A stretch of DNA of 64,000 bases, taken from assembly GCA_963701855.1 (NCBI GenBank), contig CAVPBK010000004.1, positions 1 to 64,000 of the forward strand, given 5' to 3'. Every line of letters begins with the position of its first letter. Position 1 is the first letter of the stretch. Positions 22,240-33,811 of the stretch are shown in pieces. This DNA comes from Nitrospirota bacterium (GTDB taxonomy: Bacteria; Nitrospirota; Nitrospiria; Nitrospirales; Nitrospiraceae). Below the pieces are notes generated by a model. The model saw nothing but the letters and a program-made list of their open reading frames with translations, was not told where the DNA came from and did no database searches. The position numbers were made by a program, and so were the translations under genes.

Positions 22240-22422
22240 CATCGTACAGGGCGTGGCAACGCATTCACAGCAAGGCGACAGAGTAATCGGGACATTTGAT
22301 CCCGGTACCCTTGCCGACGGCCATACTGTTCGCATGTGCAGCCACTGTGGTGCAGACCGCGCACAGGGTACACAAGGCTGATCGCGGGCGGCAGCGAGAA
22401 GCTTGGGGTTGCGAAAGCTCAT
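22240..22422 (-). pseudogene. Remnant of a phage-type DUF1364/Ref-like zinc-binding nuclease gene
   Basis: MSFRNPKLLAAARDQPC / LCAVCTTVAAHANS...GKGTGIKCPDY / C..CH(A)LYDG across frameshifts; cut by the IS3 fragment. Confidence 0.55.
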
Positions 22423-23072
22423 GACGGCTCCTTCCGTGGCCGATTGCCCTTGTACGAGAGAATGGCATACCCCGGCGCAAGGGCGACGATGGCATGATCC
22501 GGAATATCCTGGTAGATGACCGCATTGGCCCCGATCTTGACGTTATTGCCCACGCGAATCTTCCCGAACACCTTGGCCCCAGGGGCAAGGTACACGTCAT
22601 CGCCAATGGTCGGAGCGCCCTCCTTGTCGCCTTTGCCGGAGACCCCGATCGTCACGCCTTGTGAGAGATTCACGTTCGAGCCGATTGTCGCCAACCCGGA
22701 CACGATGATCCCGCCAAAATGCCCAATATAGCAGCCAGAGCCGATCTGCGCCTCGCGCCCAATCTCAATTCCCCACTTGGTACGAATGCGATGAAACAGG
22801 TACATGTGGAACGGTTCTAGGAGTAGCCGGAGCCAGAGAGCTTGCGGGGTCAACCACTGCCCGAACCGATGGACGATCATGGCATGAACCCCTGGCGTGC
22901 GATAGCAACCGATTATCTTTTTGATCACATTCCCACTGATTAAGTCATAAGTCCGTAGGATATCTTCCTTCAAAGGAGATGTAGATCTTGATGCGGCTCC
23001 ATGATCAGCCGGTGCCACTGAAGTAACTGAATCCCGGGCGGCCCCATTTGTGCTAACTACTTCCCTTTTCAT
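22419..23072 (-). CDS. Serine O-acetyltransferase-like hexapeptide-repeat acetyltransferase (WcaB-like)
   Basis: GIEIGREAQIGSGCYIGHFGGI, QGVTIG, PTIGDDVYLAPGAKVFG, IGANAV. Confidence 0.88.
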   Translation of the reverse strand: MKREVVSTNGAARDSVTSVAPADHGAASRSTSPLKEDILRTYDLISGNVIKKIIGCYRTPGVHAMIVHRFGQWLTPQALWLRLLLEPFHMYLFHRIRTKWGIEIGREAQIGSGCYIGHFGGIIVSGLATIGSNVNLSQGVTIGVSGKGDKEGAPTIGDDVYLAPGAKVFGKIRVGNNVKIGANAVIYQDIPDHAIVALAPGYAILSYKGNRPRKEPS

Positions 23073-23395
23073 ACAGTCGCTCTAAATATGCTGAAATATC
23101 ACTCGTGGAAACGAAGATTTTTGCTCAATTGATCCGCCAGGAAGATGCTGATACTAGAGAATTAAACTCTATGATTTTACTGGTACGAAGTGCCCCCAAC
23201 TCGCCTCACTTGATTTCTGCGCATTCGAATTGTAGGAAGTGTAAACCTCTCTGGTCGTCAAATAATACGCACAGCAAGATCTCACTTTCATCGACAACAC
23301 CTAGCAATTGACTACTCACTTTATGGACCATCTATAACTAACTCTATTTATAGAGGTAGGGGACGCTGTTGACGGTGTGCGTTGTGGAACTGATT

Positions 23396-24566
23396 TCACC
23401 CATTCAATGTCAGGCAGGAGTCATCGATGCTTGCATCCTTCCAACCTGCGGCCTTATAGGCCTTTAGCGTTTCCGAGACGAGGCGTTCCAGCCTGAACTC
23501 TCGCTCCGCTTTCGCCCGGGCTGCCAAGCCCATGCGGAAGCAAAGCTCATCATCACCAAGTAGTTGTAATACACGTTCCACAAACTTCGTCTCATCGCCC
23601 TGACGAACGACAAAGCCGGTTTTCCCATCTTCGACAACGTATGAGATATCACCAGCCTCCATCGTAACGACAGCGAGACCGCAGGCCATGGCTTCCATCA
23701 CGGCATTAGGGCACCCTTCGCTCTCCGAGGTGTGGACCAGAAATTTCGCCCCTCTCAGAAATGCGGGAATATCATGGGTTGCGCCCAGAAATTCAACAGT
23801 TCGTGAAATACCGAGGTCGCATGCTAGTTTTTCGAGAGCGAAACGGAGCGGACCGTCACCTGCGATCCTAAAGCGTACATCTCCTACCCCAACGCTCTTC
23901 ACCTTTTGAACCGCTCTTAGCAATCGGTCCCAACGCTTGACCGGCGACAAGGATCCCACAGCTGCGACATAATTCCTCAACCCTGGAGTTTCGTTCGAAC
24001 AACGGAACCGATTGAGATCCAGACCATTACAGACGACGAAGATCTGTCTGGGCACGAAGGGACCGGAATGCCGACGCAGGGCCTCAGCCGATGTCATACT
24101 ATTCGAGATGTGGGAATAGGGCCACCGGGCATTGAGCGCACCTCTGATCACCCCACCACCAGCTTTGGCGAAGGCAAAGTCGCTGCGCAGAGAGCCAATA
24201 GCCAACGCTCCGGTACCCCGTGCCGCGTAATATGCGGCAAAGTTTGTATGAAACCCATACGAATGGATGACTTCCGGCGCAAGTTGGCGTGCCAAGGCTC
24301 GAAATGCTCGCAGCTTAGATAGAGGGGACCACTCCGCAGGAAATCCATAGATTGGAATCTTGAGTGCCTCAATGTCTCGATAGTACTTGTCTTGGGGATT
24401 GAGGTTCCAGACGACTAACGCAGGTTGATATCGGGCATGATCCAGATTTCAAGAAGATAGTAGAGCTGGCGTTCTAGTCCGCCAAGCCCAAGTTGCCCGA
24501 CCACATAAAGGAGTCGACAGGGTCGTGGATCCTTACGAGGGCAAGTATCTGAGCTTTAAGAGGCAT
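23396..24566 (-). CDS. Glycosyltransferase family 4, frameshifted near 24449 and probably near the start
   Basis: RLLYVVGQLGLGGLERQLYYLL upstream in another frame; SEGCPNAVMEAMACG in main ORF; start position uncertain. Confidence 0.82.
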
Positions 24567-24820
24567 AGGTGAAACAATTATTCTTGATCTGAGCGCGATC
24601 TGATAATGTTAGTTGCGCTTGCACCCCAATGAGAACTACTGGAGGGGATGCTCGACTTTACACACCTACTTGGTCGAAGACTTCGAAAACCACTCTTATC
24701 TCTTGCTGCGTGAAATAACGCGATTTCGCATAGTCCCATTTTCCATGTCGGAACGCGCCCAAAAGATGCCCCCACCACGACTATGCTGGATTGGCATCAA
24801 GAGGGCGAGGTGCGAGCGCG

Positions 24821-25983
24821 CTACTTCGTATCGTCCTGGCGCATGTGATAGACGCTCGCGGCGACGGGAACTGCCAGCGACACGATGGCCCAGGGTGTCA
24901 TGAATTCCAGGTTTCCTGCACAAGTGATCAGCAGTGTATACACGACTAACGGCAGGTAGAACACAGCATCCTGCAGCTCTGACATATTTGCATGTAGTGC
25001 TGCCATTCCGCTCCGAAAAAAATATGCGCAGAACAAGATAAGAGGCATGGCACCTGATGCCACGGCGAACAGCAGAAAGCCATTATGGGGGGTCACGAAA
25101 TGGCCTGGACTGGTCACCTCACCGGCATGGGATGCTCCAACCCCAATCACTGGTGAACTCAGAAACTTCTCGATGAGTAACGGCCACACCTTGAATCGCC
25201 CCGTGTCCTCTCCACCGCGAACGGTGTACGCGCGGAGAGCTTGGTCGAACACCCCAAGTTCCATGAGCCCTAACACCAGCCCTGCAAGCAGAAATAACGG
25301 GAGAACCCCCACTTTCAGCAGACGCCTGCTCGCCACGAACAGTGCGCCTGCCAGCGCGATGAGCACCCCTCGGCTTACAGTCAGCGTAACGATATACAGA
25401 GAACATGCGGCCATGAGCCATGCCGCCAAGCGATAGGCCGGGCGAGTTTCAACATATCCTTTAATCGTCAGGTACAGCATACAGAAGCCAAACCAGCCGC
25501 CGAGCGCATTCGCGTTCGCATAGCCCACGCCCACGTCGCGATCCAGTGATACCTTCGTATATTGCCCAATCTGGTCCAACCTCATGAATGGCAGCATGCC
25601 CAGCCCCACGAACAACGTGAACCACGCAAACCGGTGCAGGAAGTTGGGGCGATGCATCGCTAGGGCTTGCACAATGACGAGCGAGAGGAGCCACGGACCG
25701 AATCGGTAGACATACATTCCGTAAGCGATTCTCCGTGCAGCGCCAGTTGAATGAACAGATACGATGCTCCACAGGCGAGTGGAATCCAAACCGTCTGAAG
25801 GACTTTCAGGACAGATGGCCCAAGGGCGATGAAACAATAAGCCAGGACTGGAATCAGGAGGAACCCTGAGCCGATACCACCCATAAGGATGAGACCCAAT
25901 GGCGCCCCCAGTACTGTGTAAAAAATGACAAAGTAGTATCCGTACTCCACGGGGGCCAGTGCTCCCGCGAGAGAATCGCTCAT
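24821..25983 (-). CDS. O-antigen ligase / Wzy-like polymerase (multi-TM), one frameshift near 25724
   Basis: Many TM helices, NANALG, TVSRG, TGR..W, GVG, PHNGFL motifs. Confidence 0.78.
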
Positions 25984-26006
25984 CCGATCATTGGCGCGAG
26001 CGACTG

Positions 26007-27213
26007 CTACGGCCTGCATGCGACTCCAACCTTCATGTCCAGACATGACTGGAGAATATCTTCCAACCGCTTAGCGCTGGCTTCCCAGCTATAGCGATGG
26101 CGAACCTTCTCTCCGCCTACCAGGCCCCGATCTCTGGCCTGGCACGGGTTCTCGGCTATGGAGCAGAGAGTCTGCGCCAATGAATCTGCGGAACCCTGGG
26201 CGAAAAGCCAGCCACCTTCGGTCTCCGCCAAGCGTCGGTTTCCTCCCACATCAGATACGAGAAACGGCACTCCACACGCCATGGCCTCAAGCACCGCATT
26301 AGAATAATTCTCATATCGGCTCGGCATCACGAAGAGATCCATGGTCCGGTACCAATCAGCCAGCGATTCATGTGACACATCGGATTCAATGTGGGCGAAC
26401 CCCTCCATGAGCTCTACTTTCAGGCCTGTACGGAGCTTCCCCTCTTCCTCACCGGACCCCACGATGATCAGCCTGGCATGCGGGATTGTTTTTCGTATCT
26501 TCCTGAAGGCATCGGCTAAAAGATCGATGCCTTTGATGTACGCCAAGGCGCCCGACATACCCTACAACCCAATGGTTCTCCGTCCATCCGAGCCGTTGCC
26601 TCACCCCTGATAGGCCTGGCTTGAACATGTCGCTGTCTAATCCGACCGGAAGTTCCGTGGCATGGTCCCCGAGAAATTCGCGAATCTGGCTCAGTGCATC
26701 TCCATTGGCGCAGACGGCATGAACCGCCCTGAGTACAGGAGCCAAGTCTGCCGAGACGGGACCTGGCAGCCGCAAAACCGTGGGGCAATAGCGCGCGATC
26801 TTACTTGCCAACAGCGCGCTTCCATGAACGTACACCGCATCGAATTCCTTCCAACGTCCGCCGAATTCCAGCTCGATGCGGCGGGTGAACCGTCGGTCAT
26901 GCCATCGGACGGTCCGCCAGCAGATCGCTTCCTGCATACGGTCCCACTGAGCCCGGAGTTGCGTTCTCTGCGGTATCCAATGCGCCACATTCGACAACGC
27001 TTCTTGGCCCAGCTTCCTTGACCAGCGTCCTGCCAGAGGGATCGGCCTTATCTTTGCCGGCAGGGGGATTGGATAGTGGCCCCTGGAGTCTGCGATGAAG
27101 GCCGCCGACACATTATGTCCCCGCTCGGCAAAGGCGAGAAACAGATTCCTGGTAAAATTCTCCCCTCCGCCTCGCAGCACACCGAGTTCTGAATGGACAA
27201 CCAAAACATTCAC
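26007..27213 (-). CDS. Glycosyltransferase family 4, one frameshift near 26548
   Basis: RGGGENF..VGYVGR|LAYIKGID..PSRYENYSNAVLEAMACG. Confidence 0.85.
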
Positions 27214-27461
27214 GATGCGTTACTCTCGAACGGAACCATGTGTTGCTCCTTGAGAAACTGAAATGTCAGCTCGGCCACCAAGCGATGGCCTCCCAACTCA
27301 ACGGGCAGAACTGAAGCGATCACGCTGGGACACGCGAGTGCTGCATTCGGATATCATCCAGCGCGATGTCTCATTGGTTTGAGTCTTCCTCAACGACCAC
27401 CGTCTCCTTCGATCCAATAGAAGTATGCGCTGCAGAGTGTGGGCGCAGTAACTTCTTTGCG

Positions 27462-28547
27462 CTACCCGGAGGTATGACGCGTCGCATCATGAAAGACCTT
27501 GATCACGGCTTCGGCGCTGTGGTGACCGAGAATATACTCACAGGCTCTGGATGCAATACTCTGGCGTTCTTGAGGCGAGGCCAGCAATCGTTGCAACTGC
27601 TCGACCGTCGCGTCGACCGTACCAGTCACAGCTCCCAACTCCAGCCGTTTGACGATGCTGTCGGGATCGATTTGGAGTGTCACGACCGGGGTCCCATAAC
27701 TCCAGGCCTGCAGAAATGTGTTCGGGAACCCTTCCTGGTCAGAGGTGCAGAGCAGTGCCGCCGATTCGGCAATGACTCGTTCCGCTTCCTCAGGCGCCAC
27801 CTGGCCGCGAAATTCGATGTTCGGCAATCCACGGAATTGCTCGATGAGTCGCTGACTGTATCCCGATGGTGACCGGTGAGTGGTGGCTCCACCGCAGACG
27901 ATATACTTCACCTGAGGCGATCGCTCAGCAATCTCAACCAGAAGGTCCGGGCGTTTGGGCTGTCGAAGCATCCCGACCCAGGCGACATACAGCTCACGAC
28001 AGGAGTGCGGTGTGGAGCTCATACGCGTATCAGCGATGCTTCGAACCACGCGGGCCTTGGCTCGCCATCGCGAGGGGAGTTCCTCCAACTGCCCTCCGTG
28101 TTGCACGAACAGGCGTTCGGTCTTGGAGAGTCCCCATGCATAGAGAGGCCACCAGCGCCGGCGGGCGGTTAAGGCAGAGCGGGGTTGCACATCGGTATCA
28201 AAGGCGGCGGCAAAAATGGTTTGCACTCCGGCCACATGGGCAATCTGAACAAGTGGGCCTAACAGATGAGAGGCTCCCCGACAATAGAGCCAGTCGGGAC
28301 GTGTTGTTGAGAGGAACCGATAGCAGTCGAGCAGATACTGCCCTTGCATGATGCCATGAAACTCGACTCCCTCGATCGTCCGACACTCCCCTAATTTAAG
28401 TCTCTGCCTGATCCCAACACACACCGTCCAGCCTGATGATGCCAGCGCCCTGGCCAGAAGCCACTGTTGGCGTTCATTGCCACCAACGGCCGAGGCGTCG
28501 GACGACGCATAGTCATAAATACGATCATTGAGAAATGCAATTTTCAT
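27462..28547 (-). CDS. Glycosyltransferase family 4
   Basis: MKIAFL..GGNERQ..EGFPNTFLQAWSYGTP; ATG overlaps asnB stop. Confidence 0.88.
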   Translation of the reverse strand: MKIAFLNDRIYDYASSDASAVGGNERQQWLLARALASSGWTVCVGIRQRLKLGECRTIEGVEFHGIMQGQYLLDCYRFLSTTRPDWLYCRGASHLLGPLVQIAHVAGVQTIFAAAFDTDVQPRSALTARRRWWPLYAWGLSKTERLFVQHGGQLEELPSRWRAKARVVRSIADTRMSSTPHSCRELYVAWVGMLRQPKRPDLLVEIAERSPQVKYIVCGGATTHRSPSGYSQRLIEQFRGLPNIEFRGQVAPEEAERVIAESAALLCTSDQEGFPNTFLQAWSYGTPVVTLQIDPDSIVKRLELGAVTGTVDATVEQLQRLLASPQERQSIASRACEYILGHHSAEAVIKVFHDATRHTSG

Positions 28548-30397
28548 ATCGAGCGGGAGCGGGCCATAGCCCAACTGAGAAAGACGAACGGGTTCCACAA
28601 TTCCCGATCGATGCCGCCGGCAGAGATATTGATGGCATGGAGGCGGCGCAGGTATCGATAATCGAAGAGATCGACATGGGCTTCTCCCCAATCCAGCGCA
28701 GCATCGACTGCCGGCCTCCAGATACCAGAAAGAAACCGGTGGAGGGGAACATGGAATCCATGCTTGGGCCGGTCCCAGACCTGACTCGGCAACAGGCGCC
28801 GTGCAATGGGCATGAGCAAGGCCTTCAACGTTCCATCGACAATCTTTCTGTTCGCATAAAGCGGCAGGATACGATCCAAGATCAACTCATCGAGATAGGG
28901 CACCCGCACTTCGAGCGATGCCAGCATGCTGGCTCGATCCGTCTTCACGAGGCAATTCTCGCTCAGGTAGGTTTCCAAGTCGGTCCGCATGAGGACATCC
29001 ATGTCAATTCGGTCACCATATCGTTTTGCCACTCGCTCCCAGGGCTCGAAATACCCTGCGACTTCGGCTGTTTCGTGGTAACGTGAAGACAGCACCTGTC
29101 GGAGATCTTTTCGGAAGACGGGAAAGTCCCCATAGCGAGTCCAGGACCAGCGAATGCGGTCTTCGGCAGTCAGCGTTCGCCAGTAGAGATGAGCCATTCC
29201 CCGTGGCCTCCAAGCCAACGTGCGAAGGGATGCATCGAGGACGCGATGGCCAGGGATCCGCCGAGGATGCGCATCACCCAGTAGATATTTTGGATAACCC
29301 CCGAACACTTCATCGGCGCCATCCCCAGACAGAGCGACTTTCACATGCCCCGCCGTCATCTTTGCCAGGGCATAGGTCGGCACAAAGGCTGGGTCCGCAA
29401 ACGGCTCATCCAGGCGACCCAACAGTTCCAGCAACATCTCAGGTCCGAGATCCTCCGCTGAAAGCACGGTATGGTCCGTGCCGAACTGCCTCGCGACTAA
29501 CCCGGCGATCGAGGACTCATCGGCCTCCACAGCCTTGAAGGCGATGGAGAACGTGCGCAGCGGCTTCTCACTCTCACGAGCCATCAACGCCACCATCAGT
29601 GACGAATCGATGCCTCCGGAAAGGAAGACGCCGATCGGCACATCACTGATCATCTGGCGTCTGATCACTCTTTGCAACAGACTCTCTAAGGTGTCCTCGC
29701 TCGGAACTTCAGCTCTGTCGTCCGGGCCAGGAGGACTCCAATACCGTTCTATGCGCGGCGACTCATCTCCCAATCGCCACTGGAACCGTGATCCTGGTTC
29801 CAGCTTATGAACTCCGTGGAGAATTGTGCGTGGTGACGGAATGTAATCAAACGCCATGAGATCCCGTACGGCGACTGGATCCACTTGCCCAAAGCCGCCC
29901 AGGGTTTTGAACGGCTCCAGCGTCGAGGAAACGATGAGGGCCCCTTTAGAAACCGCCCAACAGAAGGGCTTAATACCCAACCGATCACGGGCACCGAATG
30001 CCAGGGATTCCTGGCGATCCCAAATGACAAACGCGAACATACCATTGAGGCGATCGACAACGGCAGGCCCCCAATGGCCATATCCTTCGAGCAGCACTTC
30101 TGTATCCGAGTTTGTGCGAAATTGGACTCCTTCTTGTCTCAACTGCTCTCGGAGATCTTGGAAATTATAAATTTCTCCGTTGAACGCGATGACAAATCGG
30201 CCGTTCCTACTCAGCATCGGCTGTTGACCCGTAGCCAAATCAATGATCGACAAGCGACGGTGAAAGAGCATCACGTGACGCTCCCGCCACTCACCAGAGC
30301 CATCAGGTCCCCTGTGAGCAATGCTTTCTGCAGCAGCTTGTGCCACATCCCGTTCAACGATAGGAGAATTCTGGAATACGGCGAGAACGCCACACAT
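28544..30397 (-). CDS. asnB: Asparagine synthase (glutamine-hydrolysing)-type amidotransferase, polysaccharide-associated
   Basis: N-terminal MCG, HRGPD, RRLSIID, FNGEIYN, LSGGIDSS, SGDGADE. Confidence 0.93.
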   Translation of the reverse strand: MCGVLAVFQNSPIVERDVAQAAAESIAHRGPDGSGEWRERHVMLFHRRLSIIDLATGQQPMLSRNGRFVIAFNGEIYNFQDLREQLRQEGVQFRTNSDTEVLLEGYGHWGPAVVDRLNGMFAFVIWDRQESLAFGARDRLGIKPFCWAVSKGALIVSSTLEPFKTLGGFGQVDPVAVRDLMAFDYIPSPRTILHGVHKLEPGSRFQWRLGDESPRIERYWSPPGPDDRAEVPSEDTLESLLQRVIRRQMISDVPIGVFLSGGIDSSLMVALMARESEKPLRTFSIAFKAVEADESSIAGLVARQFGTDHTVLSAEDLGPEMLLELLGRLDEPFADPAFVPTYALAKMTAGHVKVALSGDGADEVFGGYPKYLLGDAHPRRIPGHRVLDASLRTLAWRPRGMAHLYWRTLTAEDRIRWSWTRYGDFPVFRKDLRQVLSSRYHETAEVAGYFEPWERVAKRYGDRIDMDVLMRTDLETYLSENCLVKTDRASMLASLEVRVPYLDELILDRILPLYANRKIVDGTLKALLMPIARRLLPSQVWDRPKHGFHVPLHRFLSGIWRPAVDAALDWGEAHVDLFDYRYLRRLHAINISAGGIDRELWNPFVFLSWAMARSRSI

Positions 30398-30478
30398 GAT
30401 TACCTCAAGACCATGGATTAACGAGGACTGGGCCTCTTGATTTCGAGGACTTCAGAAAGCCGTGTCAGAGAGACACGC

Positions 30479-31321
30479 CTAGGCGCGTTGACCGGACGAA
30501 TCGTTTCCAGCGAGAACAGTTCCGACCGACTGCCAGCGGATTTTTGGATCGGCTACAGCATGCTGGATCAGCTTCTGTAGATGATCTCCAACCGTCCCGG
30601 AGTCCGGGTCATCGGTCGGCTGATCGAACTCCCAATAGTGAGTGGCAGCGCAAAACACCCCATCGACTCCGTTGGCTTCATCAAACCGTCTCAGACTCTG
30701 TTTGAGCTTGGACATGGGAGTAATAGGGTTCCCGGCAAGTTCTTTATGATCAGCCAAGTCGAGCACCCAGGGAATCCCGGCATGGCCGTTCATTCGCCAT
30801 TGCCGAAGGCGCCACCAGGTTCTCACGCTTGCCGGCGCCAGCCATGACCAGCCCTGACGCATGCCGGCCACGCCACCAAGGTGAAGTCCCTCTCGGGTGA
30901 TTGCCTCCAAACCGTTTCTGCCGATTGCATTATGGGGTGGAACAAAGACACGAATCGTCGTGTGAAGGAGATCTTCCAAATAGCGTTTCCCCTCTCGCAC
31001 TTTTCGACCCAGGTCGGATCCGCCCAGAAATTCCCGCTTCGTATCTGGATCATCGTGATGGTAGCCGTGCAGCATCGCCTCGTATCGTCCATTCGCAATT
31101 CCATGGCGGAGGTACTCGACGAGGGCGGGATTCTCCTCGAGCGGATGGATCGACCAGCGCTCGCGATATTTCTCCGGTAGCCCCCGGCTCGTTCCCGCTC
31201 GACAGAAGGGAATGACGGCCAACGACACGGGGCCATGTTTTGTAATCTGACCATACGCACGCTCCAGCTCATCGGGTGAAGTGAAGAAGCTCGTGTCATC
31301 GTCACGGATACAGAAATGCAT
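30479..31321 (-). CDS. DUF2334 / polysaccharide deacetylase-like protein
   Basis: IRDDD, LHGYHH, FVPPHN NodB-like motifs. Confidence 0.75.
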   Translation of the reverse strand: MHFCIRDDDTSFFTSPDELERAYGQITKHGPVSLAVIPFCRAGTSRGLPEKYRERWSIHPLEENPALVEYLRHGIANGRYEAMLHGYHHDDPDTKREFLGGSDLGRKVREGKRYLEDLLHTTIRVFVPPHNAIGRNGLEAITREGLHLGGVAGMRQGWSWLAPASVRTWWRLRQWRMNGHAGIPWVLDLADHKELAGNPITPMSKLKQSLRRFDEANGVDGVFCAATHYWEFDQPTDDPDSGTVGDHLQKLIQHAVADPKIRWQSVGTVLAGNDSSGQRA

Positions 31322-31391
31322 GCTTGGCTCCTAACATGATCTGAGCTATTTATCTTAATGTGTTGATCTGAATATGAGAGGCGTTACACCT

Positions 31392-32822
31392 TCAGTTGAG
31401 CCAGCCCTCTTTCCCAATGTGCGCGCGTAAGCTCAGCGGGATATCCACCAGACCAGGGATAAATGGATCCAGAGCCGGCTTTCCCTCAAACGCACCGACG
31501 AGCGCGGCGGTCTGAACCTCTGCCGAAAAGGCCTTACAGGCCTTACGGTCAGGAACTAGGGTTGATAGTGTCCCTCTGGACCAATTGTCAAGCACCTGAC
31601 AGAGAACTGCAATGATTTCCGGCACTGAATTGACATCGGCTATTGTAGTGACACCTACTCGCTTGAGACAGTTTTTTGTTTCATCAGGGGGCAGCACTCC
31701 GATGATTGGTCGGCCTGCCTTAAAGTAGCCAAATAGCTTTGATGCCAACAGAAGCTCGTAACCTGGGTGGGTTGGCATGAGTCCCAGCGCAAGTAACGCG
31801 TGAGCTTCACGGCCTAGGCGAGCCACCTCATCTTGCCGGATGTGACCTGTCACTTCTACCATATCAGAAATGCCACGTGCCCCGGCTTGCTCCTTTAGAA
31901 TTTGAGTACCGGCACCAACGAATAGAAGCCGTAGTTGTTTTGCACGAATAGGGTCCGTCTGTTTGAGGACGCTCAGTGATTGGAGAAGGGTGTCATAGCG
32001 ATAGGGCGCCCCGGTTATGGTCCCTGTATATAAGATTGTGCATTTCTCTCCAGCCGGCGCGACAAATTCTTCGATTTCCCCATCATAACCGTTTGGGATT
32101 AAATGTACATTCCCTGCCTCGAACGCCTTGGGGTACGCACGCCAAAAGCATTCCGCCTCCGCCGCATGGCGAAATATGATGGACTGCGCCCCTTGAAGGA
32201 GAGAATACATCCGCCGTCGATCCAACCGCCTGGCCCACATTGGTCGTCGTAATTCAAAGTTCGTTAATGTGATTGTCCAAGGATCACGAAAATCCAGGAC
32301 ATAAGGAATGCCCGTTCCGACTGAACTCCTTTGAGCGACAAGTAACGAAGATACGGGGCCGGCGGTCGCCCAGATCACATCTGCGGGGCTGTGTTGACAC
32401 AGCCTTACAGTCGCATCCACCGCGCTGTCGATCCACGGCATCGCTTTGTCCGGGTGATACCACCATGCCTCGGCCGTCTGGATCATCTCTCTCATACGTG
32501 TTCGAATACTGCTCTGTTGCCCGTTCTGCGAGTTTCCGATATGTTCCTCCTGAGCGCTGGATGAGTGACTTTGCATTCTTCGCGACCTTGAAGCCTGAAA
32601 AGCCTGCCACAGATCATAGGCTTTGATCCGAATGACCTCAATCTCGTTCGGGACCATCTTTATTAGTGCAGGATCATATCTCTCATATTGACTGGGCATG
32701 GCCGTAATGACCGTGGGAATCCATCCAAGGTGGGGTAGCTGACGGACGAACCGCAGCGGACGGTATGTGCCGGCGTTTCCCTCCGGAGGAAAGTTGTACG
32801 CAATCATCACGGCGTGCTTCAT
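31392..32822 (-). CDS. Glycosyltransferase (GT4-like)
   Basis: AYNFPP..G..R, DFRDPW, IPNGYD, SKLFGY. Confidence 0.82.
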   Translation of the reverse strand: MKHAVMIAYNFPPEGNAGTYRPLRFVRQLPHLGWIPTVITAMPSQYERYDPALIKMVPNEIEVIRIKAYDLWQAFQASRSRRMQSHSSSAQEEHIGNSQNGQQSSIRTRMREMIQTAEAWWYHPDKAMPWIDSAVDATVRLCQHSPADVIWATAGPVSSLLVAQRSSVGTGIPYVLDFRDPWTITLTNFELRRPMWARRLDRRRMYSLLQGAQSIIFRHAAEAECFWRAYPKAFEAGNVHLIPNGYDGEIEEFVAPAGEKCTILYTGTITGAPYRYDTLLQSLSVLKQTDPIRAKQLRLLFVGAGTQILKEQAGARGISDMVEVTGHIRQDEVARLGREAHALLALGLMPTHPGYELLLASKLFGYFKAGRPIIGVLPPDETKNCLKRVGVTTIADVNSVPEIIAVLCQVLDNWSRGTLSTLVPDRKACKAFSAEVQTAALVGAFEGKPALDPFIPGLVDIPLSLRAHIGKEGWLN

Positions 32823-32875
32823 CGATCCCGTCGGTCTAATTCAATGATGGCCGATCGGCCTAGACACTATGTTGC

Positions 32876-33697
32876 TTAGGCGCGCGCGCGCGCGAGAAAA
32901 CCTGAGACTCCAGATTTAGGGAAAAAGCGCTTTGCCAGATTTGGCATCTGGCTTATCAGCAACGATTTCCCCACCCTCTTGAAAGGATTTGCGGGAACAG
33001 TCCGGTCAATCGCTTGATACCAGGCAACCAGCTCCAATCGGTTTTTTGACAGCAACTCTGCGACCTCATTCTGTGTAATGTCGAAGACCATGTGCTGGTA
33101 GGGGGTAAACACAGAGCCGCACCCGGGACAGCACACAAAGCTGGCCTTTTCCCCAAGGGGAATGGATGCCAGATAATAACCTCCGCTCCTCAACACCCTC
33201 CTGACCTCGGGGAATGAGCCAAAGAAGCTTTCCGGAAAGCTATGCTCCAAGACTTCTGTGCACGTCACCAAATCTAGAGAATCATCGGAAAAGGGAAGCT
33301 GTGTGAGAGACCCAACCTGAAACCCGATATTCTTCAGGTTTTCGAATCTCGACCGGGCCGGGACCAAGGACTCCTCTGACATATCAATTCCCGTGATCTT
33401 CGAATCTGGATACACCTTCAGCAGACAATCTACGAGATTCCCATTGCCACAACCGACATCTGCGATCACTGACGGAGTGCTGGGAATCTGTGACCGAACC
33501 CATGCGAGCAGGTCTTTCCAATATTCAATCGGGTAAAACTGAGTTTTAAGAGCACGGTTCGTGGTCCAGATGGTCCAAAACCGTTTAATGCTCTCGGTCG
33601 ACCAGGTATGATAGTGAAAAGGAGAGAGCTGGCCTGACTTCTCTGAGGGTTTCTGTGCATCGTCGAATTGAGCAACAATATCTTTGTAAAAATTCAT
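32876..33697 (-). CDS. Class I SAM-dependent methyltransferase
   Basis: ADVGCGNG, GIDMS, LPFSDDSLD, EVLEH, RVLRSGG. Confidence 0.88.
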   Translation of the reverse strand: MNFYKDIVAQFDDAQKPSEKSGQLSPFHYHTWSTESIKRFWTIWTTNRALKTQFYPIEYWKDLLAWVRSQIPSTPSVIADVGCGNGNLVDCLLKVYPDSKITGIDMSEESLVPARSRFENLKNIGFQVGSLTQLPFSDDSLDLVTCTEVLEHSFPESFFGSFPEVRRVLRSGGYYLASIPLGEKASFVCCPGCGSVFTPYQHMVFDITQNEVAELLSKNRLELVAWYQAIDRTVPANPFKRVGKSLLISQMPNLAKRFFPKSGVSGFLARARA

Positions 33698-33811
33698 AAT
33701 CTTCCAGTCCTTGTTCCTACCCGGTTACGAGACCGCCCTTCGTTACTGCAGCTCCAAGCATGTCCGAATGTCAAATCAAGTTGTTCGTTCCGAAGCCGCG
33801 CCCCCGAATGT

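Noticed and set aside
32880..32894. (CG)n tract as a phase switch
   Set aside because: Lies in the last codons of the methyltransferase, so slippage would change only the tail
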